DNA of 64,000 nt from Candidatus Levyibacteriota bacterium. Its GTDB lineage: Bacteria; Patescibacteriota; Microgenomatia; Levybacterales; UBA12049. Numbering within the stretch: position 1 is the first letter of the stretch; the number at the start of each line of letters is the position of its first letter. This document shows positions 51,201 through 59,318 of the stretch, piece after piece. The position numbers and the translations under genes are program-made. The DNA lies in the NCBI GenBank assembly GCA_003152105.1, contig PLZJ01000002.1, positions 848,112 through 912,111 on the forward strand, written 5' to 3'. The notes under the pieces were generated by a model. It saw nothing but the letters and a program-made list of their open reading frames with translations, searched no databases and was not told where the DNA came from.

Positions 51201-51550
51201 TCTCTTAAAACCCTATCAACATCTCCAATTTTATGTGCTGCAATATAATCATCAAGATTTGCTAGAGCTAATTTTTGCTGTATCTCAGAAGCCATTTCGT
51301 CAGTTAAACTTCCATCCTTACGAGTAAGCCTAACTAATTGGGGGTATAGAGATACTCTGACAGGATATCGAGTTTCCAATTCATCCTGGGGAAATGCAAC
51401 CAAACTATCTATTCCGTCTATTGAATCATGGACGGCGGGTAACAAATTTTGGCCTACATTTTGTTTCACGAATGTATTTACTTCTCGCAATTGTCCAGCA
51501 AGCTCGGTAGTGCTTTTTGTCCTTGATGTTTTAATTTCAGTTTTTACCAT
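48287..51550 (-). CDS. SF2 DEAH helicase - HTH repeats - RpoD-like sigma70 fusion
   Basis: PTGTGKS, DEAH, SATP, EGID, QRGGRVLR; then sigma regions 1.2 (RRYMTQAAQYPLL), 2 (NLRLVIHIAKKY..QEG..GL.RAVE.FD...G.KFSTYAT.WI.Q.I.RA), 3 and 4 (TLEAIG...TRERVRQI). Confidence 0.88.
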   Translation of the reverse strand: MVKTEIKTSRTKSTTELAGQLREVNTFVKQNVGQNLLPAVHDSIDGIDSLVAFPQDELETRYPVRVSLYPQLVRLTRKDGSLTDEMASEIQQKLALANLDDYIAAHKIGDVDRVLREHQFTVFEDIRSNLAEGSTEGYIEFPTGTGKSVLAAEMVKALRAKTLIITPTQDLVQQMQDTFTQFVPNIPTGLAYTHVKQLDRDVTITTYDYLLKGVKEGTINPSDYGFVICDEAHKALTPARMDAIRQFKGAIKLGLSATPEYSTDKHVGLLLEKKMHYVTIKEAAEEGLISPFKVFIAQTDIDMSQVPIISSTGEYDPKQLERALNIAKRNQAAVDIYKNHFPDSSAFITTLSVKHAIELEEMFRAEGIEARAFHGRLDKRTRKQYLDDFKSGKIKVLLSKKLLAEGIDAPNANLLINLAPTLSKVNAIQRGGRVLRLDPNNPDKEAIIIDVVDENKHAKGRALTFAEVAGTAFAPKKAKEFTGRTYSGSFRGSSPLIHIEGLKVITNLEEVMEVINRYAEEREQAINIPEGFQRFTPNDIAFEFGMESSRVLYHLRALHEENPQHFKSINRSNYISAEGYELLLDRIRGLAAPEGLIPLPINELVQQVGEGKRSRIYKRLKELQAADPDSVRRSEKGWQWFIAPQLLTTLQVEYGSSVEDGFTQVPIFDLAREFGLRTGSAIYKRLNELAVSHPQYITKSNVGRRQIFTANEHGMQILRDELSQVKSNKPPEPNSVRQQFSSRFRGNGTAERERNSYESDGEDVVVFSTEDFNGMSFEEVDSFRRYMTQAAQYPLLSRQQENIIFKLLEEGKTIDSLFQDTDFLKTIRPKSEGLFANVSRDGESIEELVALCNLRLVIHIAKKYHALTIEDRVQEGYFGLKRAVEGFDYHTGNKFSTYATPWIAQSIDRAVKNDGSMIRIPIHAREVYGKAMKIVTEFEVRENRSPTKKELRSLLEEAQLERIDIVMDLFEGKVTRVASLDRPIGSDTETTLGEFVADNYEDYQPGATDDDNIEQIEGIVGGLLTERELEMLKMRHGIGSDEPMTLEAIGEIYGGLTRERVRQILDKAVKKLQINEELRKLWEDAPV

Positions 51551-51780
51551 ATTTATATTCTATATTTATACAAAAAATAATCTTTCGGTGAAAGAGTATT
51601 TTACCATTTATAGCCTGACATTACAACCTATAGGATAATTTGTGTTCACTTTTAAATACTTTCGACTTATCTAAATAATTATAAGTGCATAATGTAAAGC
51701 TATTATCAATGAATCTATTGCTAACCCAACTTCTTACTATAAGTTGTTTTTGCCTTCATTTTCTGCTATAATTAACGCTT

Positions 51781-54700
51781 ATGACAAGCAACATTGAGTC
51801 TCTTAACATTCCTGAAGCTAAAGCAGCAGCTACTCTTGCAGAAAGTGCAATTATAGAAGAGCAAAAACCAGTACTAACCGAGGTAAGAACAAATGAACTT
51901 CTCGCAAGAGCAACGGGTTTATTACATATGTATGATGATTTTATAAAATCCCTGCCTCTAAAAGGAAGAGATTATTTCGCATTACCCAATCTCCCTCAGA
52001 GCATCGAAGACGCACATAGAGAATTTTCGGAGGAAGATACCATTGATACTACAAATATGTTAATAAACACTCCTTTTATTAATGAAGCACTACAAACACA
52101 TCATCCCAAAGCAGTTGGCATGTTTTTACGAGGAGTTATGACTGTAAACAAGGAGGCTGCAGATAAAGGACTTAGCCAAACTCCTATTGAGATTGAAGAT
52201 GAGTCATTCGAAGATCAATTAACCAATGTTCTTATACTTCAAATTGCAAATTATCCCTCTTTATACCCAGCAATTAGACCGCACGCATTTAGTTTGGTTA
52301 AAGATTCAGAACAAATTGAAGAATCTGAAAAGGAAGAAAAAAGGAGACTTTATGACCTTGTGAGCAAAGTTGAAGGAAGAGCTGGAATGAAGCTATTCGG
52401 AATGGGATATTATACGGGTACTACTCGTGAGCTTTTTAATCACATGAACCAACGCGCATTCTTACATGAATTTGGTGAGGAACAAATTGTTGCTTTACAG
52501 GCAGCATTTTCTGATCCTGAATATCTTGATCCATATGGTGTGGGAGAAAAAAATAGTCATGCCTTAGCTGGTATTGGACTTATTGCGGCATCAAAAAAAG
52601 CAGGCGCTCCCATTGATGCTTCAGTGGTTTCCCAAATGGAAGAAAGACACGGGGAATGGTTTAACTCTAGATTAAAGTATATCTTTGCCACTGATCCAAA
52701 AACTTCAAACATTGACCCCTATATTGAAGAATTGCTTGCCAGACCGCTTAACAAGAATCAATCAGAAAGCATTTTATACCTTGCTTTAACAAATGGAACT
52801 TCAATTCATCCCGACTCATATGCCGCAGAAACAATAAAAGAGTCAGGCTTACCGCTTGAGCAAGTTTTTACACTTACCAAAGTAGCTCTTGATGCAACAA
52901 ACGGCAACATAGAAAGATTAAATCCCGTCATACATGAATTACTTCAAGGATCAAGTGAAGGTGAACTTTCAAAAAAAGCTATATCTTCGCTTGTCTACGC
53001 CTGTATTGGATTTGATGTTGATATACCTAATTTCTTGCAACCCTCTATTAAACAGCATTATTCTCAAGTTGCAGAAGGAATATTAACCGATAAACCTAGG
53101 CGTACATACACAAAAAATGATGATACACTTGACTATCCAGTGCATCCTATATACCGTCTATTTTCGGAAGGATTACAAGCGCTACCAAAAAGTATTGCTG
53201 ATGTGTTTAGTCAGGATGAGATAAATCGAGATGAGATCGCAACACAAATTATGACCCATCTTTTTAAAGATGGATTCTATACCCATTATTTTGATCCAAT
53301 TCTCTCTCAAGAATATCCGACTGCAACCTTGAGTATTAATGAATTAGATGGGAAACTTTGGCAACTTGTTCATCCTGATATTTGGAATCTTCTAAGAGAA
53401 GCAGATACGGTAACTTTGCTTAATGTTATTAAAGATGTTTTACCTGGTGGGATGGTACAACTTATTAAATATCCAAAAGGAACAGAGATATATGGAACAA
53501 GTAATGTTTCGATAGACGCTTGTTTGCCTCCTGATCTTTTTGAAGCAATAGCAAAGCTTCATATAGAAACTGCAACTGAAAATGATAATATTTCTTGGGC
53601 AGATAATGTAGTTTTTGAAAAAGGTCTACCAAATGGTAAATCTAAGGAAACTCCAAAACCATATACACAACTGATGGATTTCTCTCAAAGAATATGGAGA
53701 CATATACAATCTGACCTTATTAGTAAAAACATCTCCAAAAGTATATTTAACAGGCTATGGAAGCTACCAAATGAATCTGGTATTGGACTTGAGATATTTG
53801 ATCCGGAACTAAAAGATTGGATAGTAATACCAGGAAAAAGTCATATAGATCAAGAAGGTTATCCCGATGATATCAAACTTGTCATTGCAAATCCTGTAAG
53901 CTACCTAGAAAAATATTTAGCTTTTTTGGGAAATATACGCTATAAATATAGCGGGTGGTATCAATCAATTGATGCCTTTAATATATGGAGAAATGCAACT
54001 CCATGGGATTTTTTGCACCCTGAACAATATTTAGATCATCAGACGTTTCAAAGTAATGATAAAACCTTTCATCACCTTGAGCATTGGACAGAAATACTTC
54101 AAGCACGGGAACTTGGTGAAACACTAAAGGTTAGATATAGTGAAGAAGGTGGTTTTACTGAAAGCCAGCATGATCTTCTTTTTACGCTTTCCGCTTTGGA
54201 AGATCCAACGGACACTGATCAACTACCGTCTGTTAGATACGGACTGATTGATCAAAACACTGCGGTAGTTTATGCAATTCAAATGCCATTAATTGATAGA
54301 ATGGCTCCAAGCAATGTAAAAGTAGCGCTTGAGCGTCAAAACAATTTCTTAAAATATTACACAAATTTCGCAAAAGCTGCAGTAGATCACGATGAGTTTT
54401 TTACTAGCATTGCTGGGGACATATCCGAGGTTATCTTGCATCCTCCAGAAGATTTAGACTTCAATGAGTATGTAAGGCATATCTCTGCAAAAATTCTTAA
54501 AAACAATGGCGTCAAATCATACACAGAACTACAGCGAAAATATCAACCCTATTTGAAACAACCAAATAAATCAGAAGACATAGGGAAATCATACGTCGCA
54601 AATATAATACTTAATTTAGTCTATGGAATTGAGATGTTTGATAAAGCCTCAAGTATTTCACCGCTTTTTGAAGAACGTTCAGAAAGAATGAAACGGGTTA

Positions 54701-55074
54701 ACGTTTTATTCGCAAACGAAAGAAAAAATGGTAACTCGCAAAGTAGGAATATTCCTTCAGGTCCAGCGCTAAGTCTTGCTTTATTTTGTATTCTCGCTAA
54801 AACACATGGCGTCACAAGAATTCAAGTTCCAACCTACTTCCCACGACGACTTCACGATGATCCAGAAACAGATCAAAGAATACTTCAGCAAATGACAAAA
54901 ACAATTGAAAGTGTTACTAATTTAATTGATGGTGTATCAATTTCTTCTTTCCCCGATGATTCGGATGGCTCATTTTACCTTGGAATTGAAGGAGAATTAT
55001 CAAGTACAAATGAGACTCTTTCAAACGCGATTAAAAATATTTCTGCAGTTTCTCATGATAGAGGAAGCAACTAG
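51781..55074 (+). CDS. Large hypothetical protein (1097 aa)
   Basis: Long uninterrupted ORF, TGCTATAAT 8 nt upstream; no recognisable motif. Confidence 0.75.
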   Translation: MTSNIESLNIPEAKAAATLAESAIIEEQKPVLTEVRTNELLARATGLLHMYDDFIKSLPLKGRDYFALPNLPQSIEDAHREFSEEDTIDTTNMLINTPFINEALQTHHPKAVGMFLRGVMTVNKEAADKGLSQTPIEIEDESFEDQLTNVLILQIANYPSLYPAIRPHAFSLVKDSEQIEESEKEEKRRLYDLVSKVEGRAGMKLFGMGYYTGTTRELFNHMNQRAFLHEFGEEQIVALQAAFSDPEYLDPYGVGEKNSHALAGIGLIAASKKAGAPIDASVVSQMEERHGEWFNSRLKYIFATDPKTSNIDPYIEELLARPLNKNQSESILYLALTNGTSIHPDSYAAETIKESGLPLEQVFTLTKVALDATNGNIERLNPVIHELLQGSSEGELSKKAISSLVYACIGFDVDIPNFLQPSIKQHYSQVAEGILTDKPRRTYTKNDDTLDYPVHPIYRLFSEGLQALPKSIADVFSQDEINRDEIATQIMTHLFKDGFYTHYFDPILSQEYPTATLSINELDGKLWQLVHPDIWNLLREADTVTLLNVIKDVLPGGMVQLIKYPKGTEIYGTSNVSIDACLPPDLFEAIAKLHIETATENDNISWADNVVFEKGLPNGKSKETPKPYTQLMDFSQRIWRHIQSDLISKNISKSIFNRLWKLPNESGIGLEIFDPELKDWIVIPGKSHIDQEGYPDDIKLVIANPVSYLEKYLAFLGNIRYKYSGWYQSIDAFNIWRNATPWDFLHPEQYLDHQTFQSNDKTFHHLEHWTEILQARELGETLKVRYSEEGGFTESQHDLLFTLSALEDPTDTDQLPSVRYGLIDQNTAVVYAIQMPLIDRMAPSNVKVALERQNNFLKYYTNFAKAAVDHDEFFTSIAGDISEVILHPPEDLDFNEYVRHISAKILKNNGVKSYTELQRKYQPYLKQPNKSEDIGKSYVANIILNLVYGIEMFDKASSISPLFEERSERMKRVNVLFANERKNGNSQSRNIPSGPALSLALFCILAKTHGVTRIQVPTYFPRRLHDDPETDQRILQQMTKTIESVTNLIDGVSISSFPDDSDGSFYLGIEGELSSTNETLSNAIKNISAVSHDRGSN

Positions 55075-55092
55075 AATGGAAAGTAGCATGCT

Positions 55093-55236
55093 TCAATAAT
55101 AGGTATCTTTGTCTAATTTAATTTTATTTTCCTCTTTTTGTTTTGGGCTAAGCTTTTTTAAACTTTTATCGATTTTTTGAAGTAACTCAAAAAATGCAAT
55201 TAAGTTTTTCATCTCTTCTTCTGATTGTATTTTCAT
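55093..55236 (-). CDS. Small hypothetical protein (47 aa)
   Basis: MKIQSEEEMKNLIAFFELLQKIDKS..., starts 4 nt after relaxase stop. Confidence 0.5.
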   Translation of the reverse strand: MKIQSEEEMKNLIAFFELLQKIDKSLKKLSPKQKEENKIKLDKDTYY

Positions 55237-55240
55237 TTTG

Positions 55241-56023
55241 TTATTCAACCTTATTCCAAATATTTACATTATTTTCCCCACCATTTAACACCTTAAATTT
55301 AGTTGACAAAAAAATCGAGGGATTATCTTCCATTCGCTTATTAAGTAAATCTTTTGCATAATGATAGATATGTCTTTTCTTGTTTTCCGTGGAACAAATA
55401 AAAAGAACTGAAGGTAACTCTTCTTCTGTGTTCTCCTCCCATTCCCTAGAGTCGGCGTAGCTTAAATATTTTCGTATTCTAAACCTCAAAACTCCAGCTG
55501 GAATAAATTCGTCATAATATTCAAGTAAATATCTTCTAGTTTCTTTTGGAGTTTTTATTGAAATATATGCAGCAGGTAGCGGATCTGGAAAATAATCAAA
55601 AAGTGAAAGATCATTTTGGGAATAAAACAAAAGTTTTTCATTTTTCTTTAGAATTGATAAAAAGTATATATAAATATCGACAATGGATGAGCAGTAATTT
55701 ATGAATCGCTTAGTTACTGTATCTCCTTTGTAGGCAGTATTTAGTGCTTTTTCGTTCTTCTCACCTTTTTGACGTAAGTACGCCCTGCCAGCTTTGGTTA
55801 AATAAATGATGCGATGTTCAGTTTTCTCAATAAATGTTGTTTGTTTGATAGTATTTATTAATCCTTGTTTTTTAAGTTTTGTTATTCTCTCGTTTATTGT
55901 ATCTGAGTATTTGTTTTTGTTTATTTTTTGTAATTGATTAGTTTTTATGTATCTAAATTTTAGTACTAATTTTAATAGTTCATTTTCTTTATTTGTTATC
56001 TTTACTGTCTTTATATCTTCCAT
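55241..56023 (-). CDS. Replication-relaxation (Replic_Relax/MOBL-like) relaxase
   Basis: N-terminal wHTH, IYLTKAG, P.AYI....RRYLLE, P.VLFIC; downstream of VirD4. Confidence 0.72.
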   Translation of the reverse strand: MEDIKTVKITNKENELLKLVLKFRYIKTNQLQKINKNKYSDTINERITKLKKQGLINTIKQTTFIEKTEHRIIYLTKAGRAYLRQKGEKNEKALNTAYKGDTVTKRFINYCSSIVDIYIYFLSILKKNEKLLFYSQNDLSLFDYFPDPLPAAYISIKTPKETRRYLLEYYDEFIPAGVLRFRIRKYLSYADSREWEENTEEELPSVLFICSTENKKRHIYHYAKDLLNKRMEDNPSIFLSTKFKVLNGGENNVNIWNKVE

Positions 56024-56150
56024 ACTTTTACTCCATTTCCTTCCTCTTATATAATATATAAGAATATATAGTTAGACTTTTTATTTAATTTAGCCTCACT
56101 TCTTATTAAATTTATCCTTCTACCGCAAAGGGTATTTTTAGTATCCTAAA

Positions 56151-58811
56151 TTATTCTCCCGGAGCAGATTTTTTACCCTTTTTATCGCTAGTTTTTGGTG
56201 CCTTATAGTTACTCATATCAATTAGTGGTTGCTCTTCCTCATCTTCTACATACTCTCTTCCATAGTTTTGTCTGGAGGCTTCAATAAACCGACTTATCTT
56301 TTCTTTGTCCTTTTTAATCTCATGCTTTAATGTTATTCCGGAAAAGGCTTCCTCAGGTCTTGCACCTGTCATTTTCATATAGAAGTGGTAATTAGGTAAA
56401 TTCAATAAGTCGCTTATTTCAATATGTGGAGCAAACTGCTCAAGCATGAACTCTGCATCTCTTTTTCCTGCCAACTGAAAGGAAATGACATTTGCTGTAT
56501 TACCAAGCATAATATTATTAATCTGCATATCTTTTTGCTGGGAAAGAGATTGTTCAGCTGCAATTGGGTGAATACCATATTTCCTGCCCTGCGTAAACAA
56601 TTTTACAAACTGTGGCATGGCAAAGGTCTGGAATTCATCAATATATAAATATAACGGATTTCTCGCTTCTAAATCTTTTCTGATTCTTCTTTGTGCTGCT
56701 TGATAGATTAAAGACAAGATCATTGTTCCAATAAGTTGCGTATTATCATCTCCTAACTTTCCCTCGGAAAGATTACAAATAACTATTTTCTTATTATCTA
56801 GTACCTCATCAAAATTAATTGTTGAGTGATAATCCTTAAGCATTCGTTTTACCATATCAGCTCGTGCAAACCTATCTAGTTTTATAGTAACGCCTTTAAT
56901 CATTGATACTGCCTGATATGAACCAGCTTTACCAAAGATATTTTTCCAGAAGTTTTTTAAATCCTCGTCCTTTAAATTGCCAACAACACGCTGAAGATAA
57001 ACAGGATCTGAGAGTAGCTTATTTAGCGTAAAAAGGGTTCTATCTTTCACTGTAAATGCTGTGTATATTGCATTTCTTAAATGTCCTTCAATTCTTGTTG
57101 CATTACCATCGTCATTGTTAAATAGTCTTCTAAAAACAGTTATTAATCCCTCACACCGAAGATCCTGTTCTAGCTTAAGTTCGGTTCTGCTTAACCCCTC
57201 AGGAAGTTCAAGTAAATTAATACTAATTGGTCTATTAAGATCCATAGGGTTAATATAGATAAGATCATTAATTCGCTCTTCTGGGATAATATTTATTACC
57301 TCTTCTGATAAGTCACCATGCGGATCTATTAAACAAACACTTTCTCCTTTTAAGATGTTATCTCTTATCATATTAAACATAATTGTTGATTTTCCTGTTC
57401 CCGTTTTTCCAACAATAATTGTGTTTTGTTTCATCTTTTTATCTGTTAAGCCAATAGGAGTTAAAACTCCGCCAAATGTATTTACTCCAAAGACAACGTC
57501 TTGCTTTTCATTTTTTTGCGATAACGGCGCTGAAAGCTCTTTATATAACGACTTTGAAATGTTTTCTGTTTGGGAAAGATCTGAATAAGGGAAGTGATAT
57601 AGGGAGGCAATTTCTGAAACAGAAAGAAGCGATTGGCTTGTATTGTTTACCAACGACAATAACCTAAATTGAAAAACAAGGCTTCTAATCTTATCAATTA
57701 AAATTGGAGGAAAGTTTTTCCTTTGTGTAATTTCTTGGTACTTTGAAAACTTATATGGATTAAATGATGCTTTTATACCATTAATTCTTTCTTTTTCCTC
57801 CTTTTTACTGTCAACTATTATAAGTGCCCGAATTGTTGTTTCAAAAAGCTCCTCATCTATTTTTTCCTGAATTTTTTTATTCATCTCACTTTCTGCTTCT
57901 GTAATTGACCTTTCCGGTCTTTGAAGACCTACAGAAATTGAGCTCTCATAAGTTCGCTCATAAGTTTTTCTTCTTGGAGTAGAATGCAGATTTTGAACTG
58001 CCCAGATAAGATGTTCTCCAACTTTATTTATTAACTCACCAAGTAAGAATAGAAAGAAGGTAAATATCTTTACATACTTTGGATATTCCCTTTTACTTAG
58101 GTATGCAACTACGTTTTCATTATTAATAATCATATTCCCTATTTTTATTACTTCCTTACTCATTGTTGGAGAAATGACTATTTGAAGAGCTATTAGTTCA
58201 TTTTTGTTAAGTTTTGTCATCATACCTGTAATATATGAGACAGGGTCGTGTTGTAACAGTGATTGATGTTTATTAAGTGGTAAACCCCATCTTCCTTTTA
58301 AACCAAACTCAACTATTTTTGCTTTACTTGATCTTTCTGGTATATAGTCTTCTGCCTCATTTACTTCGACAAACTGCAGATATGTAGTTATTTGTCTTTT
58401 AATATTACTTACATCTGTTTTTGGAACTCTAATTAAATACCTTATTCCTTGATTTTTAGAGGATACAAGTTCTAGAGAATACAGTGATTTTTTATTCTTA
58501 AAGAAGTTAAATATTGACCTGTCATGCCCAAGGCTATGAATAACCGAAAACAGTTGTTTTGTTGAATAAATTGTTTTTTCAGTTTTAGATGGAGGTACGA
58601 GTTCTAAAAGAATTGTTTCTTGCTTGAATTGCTTTCGAATAATATATATAGTCCAAGCTATACAAAGGGTAATAACTATATAGGGAATAAAATATATGTA
58701 AAAGGGTATTTGCGGACTCATATGGTTAATAAAAGGAGAGAGAAAGCTTATATGGGAAAGTAAGCCATGAAATACATTCCAAAATTCTAAATCATGATAA
58801 CTTTTAATCAT
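56151..58811 (-). CDS. virD4: Type IV coupling protein (VirD4/TraD-like)
   Basis: N-terminal TMs, GKTGTGKS, IDPHGDL, LYIDEFQ, GRKYG. Confidence 0.88.
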   Translation of the reverse strand: MIKSYHDLEFWNVFHGLLSHISFLSPFINHMSPQIPFYIYFIPYIVITLCIAWTIYIIRKQFKQETILLELVPPSKTEKTIYSTKQLFSVIHSLGHDRSIFNFFKNKKSLYSLELVSSKNQGIRYLIRVPKTDVSNIKRQITTYLQFVEVNEAEDYIPERSSKAKIVEFGLKGRWGLPLNKHQSLLQHDPVSYITGMMTKLNKNELIALQIVISPTMSKEVIKIGNMIINNENVVAYLSKREYPKYVKIFTFFLFLLGELINKVGEHLIWAVQNLHSTPRRKTYERTYESSISVGLQRPERSITEAESEMNKKIQEKIDEELFETTIRALIIVDSKKEEKERINGIKASFNPYKFSKYQEITQRKNFPPILIDKIRSLVFQFRLLSLVNNTSQSLLSVSEIASLYHFPYSDLSQTENISKSLYKELSAPLSQKNEKQDVVFGVNTFGGVLTPIGLTDKKMKQNTIIVGKTGTGKSTIMFNMIRDNILKGESVCLIDPHGDLSEEVINIIPEERINDLIYINPMDLNRPISINLLELPEGLSRTELKLEQDLRCEGLITVFRRLFNNDDGNATRIEGHLRNAIYTAFTVKDRTLFTLNKLLSDPVYLQRVVGNLKDEDLKNFWKNIFGKAGSYQAVSMIKGVTIKLDRFARADMVKRMLKDYHSTINFDEVLDNKKIVICNLSEGKLGDDNTQLIGTMILSLIYQAAQRRIRKDLEARNPLYLYIDEFQTFAMPQFVKLFTQGRKYGIHPIAAEQSLSQQKDMQINNIMLGNTANVISFQLAGKRDAEFMLEQFAPHIEISDLLNLPNYHFYMKMTGARPEEAFSGITLKHEIKKDKEKISRFIEASRQNYGREYVEDEEEQPLIDMSNYKAPKTSDKKGKKSAPGE

Positions 58812-58892
58812 GCCACTTATATTAAGGGCAGATTAATTTCACTGCAAAGTATATCACACTAATGCAAATTATGTCAGTATTCATATTTGTGC

Positions 58893-58938
58893 TTGACAAC
58901 TATCGAGATCTAGATATATACTATCTATATCTAGATAG
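58893..58938 (+). promoter_or_regulatory. Promoter with palindromic operators upstream of recombinase operon
   Basis: TTGACA-18-TATACT overlapped by inverted repeat ATCTAGATATA/TATATCTAGAT. Confidence 0.55.
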
Positions 58939-58952
58939 AAGTTGGGTGGACT

Positions 58953-59315
58953 ATGAATACAATAGGTGTGGAGCAAACAAGATTAATAAAAGAAGAGGAA
59001 ATACTACAGCCAGCAAGTAAGGTTTTAAATAATGCTTCGCTACAAACTACTGTTAATCAACTTTCTTCTGAAAAAAATAGCCTCACAATAAAAGATACGT
59101 TAGATCAATTGTTCCCCGAACAGAAATATGAGGACAAAAAAATACAGCAAGTAAAACAAACCCTAGGAGATATCGCGACCACACTTTCAAATGATTATCT
59201 AAGAGATATCGCTACTGAGGTACAGTTCTTATCAGAAACTTGGCTAGATGAATTTGAAAGAGAAATATTTAACGGATTAACTCTAAATGAATTGCTACAT
59301 GAAAAAGGAGGTTAA
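58953..59315 (+). CDS. Small protein upstream of recombinase (possible directionality factor)
   Basis: WLDEFEREIFNG.TL.ELL; contains the SD for the LSR. Confidence 0.6.
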   Translation: MNTIGVEQTRLIKEEEILQPASKVLNNASLQTTVNQLSSEKNSLTIKDTLDQLFPEQKYEDKKIQQVKQTLGDIATTLSNDYLRDIATEVQFLSETWLDEFEREIFNGLTLNELLHEKGG

Positions 59316-59318
59316 ACT

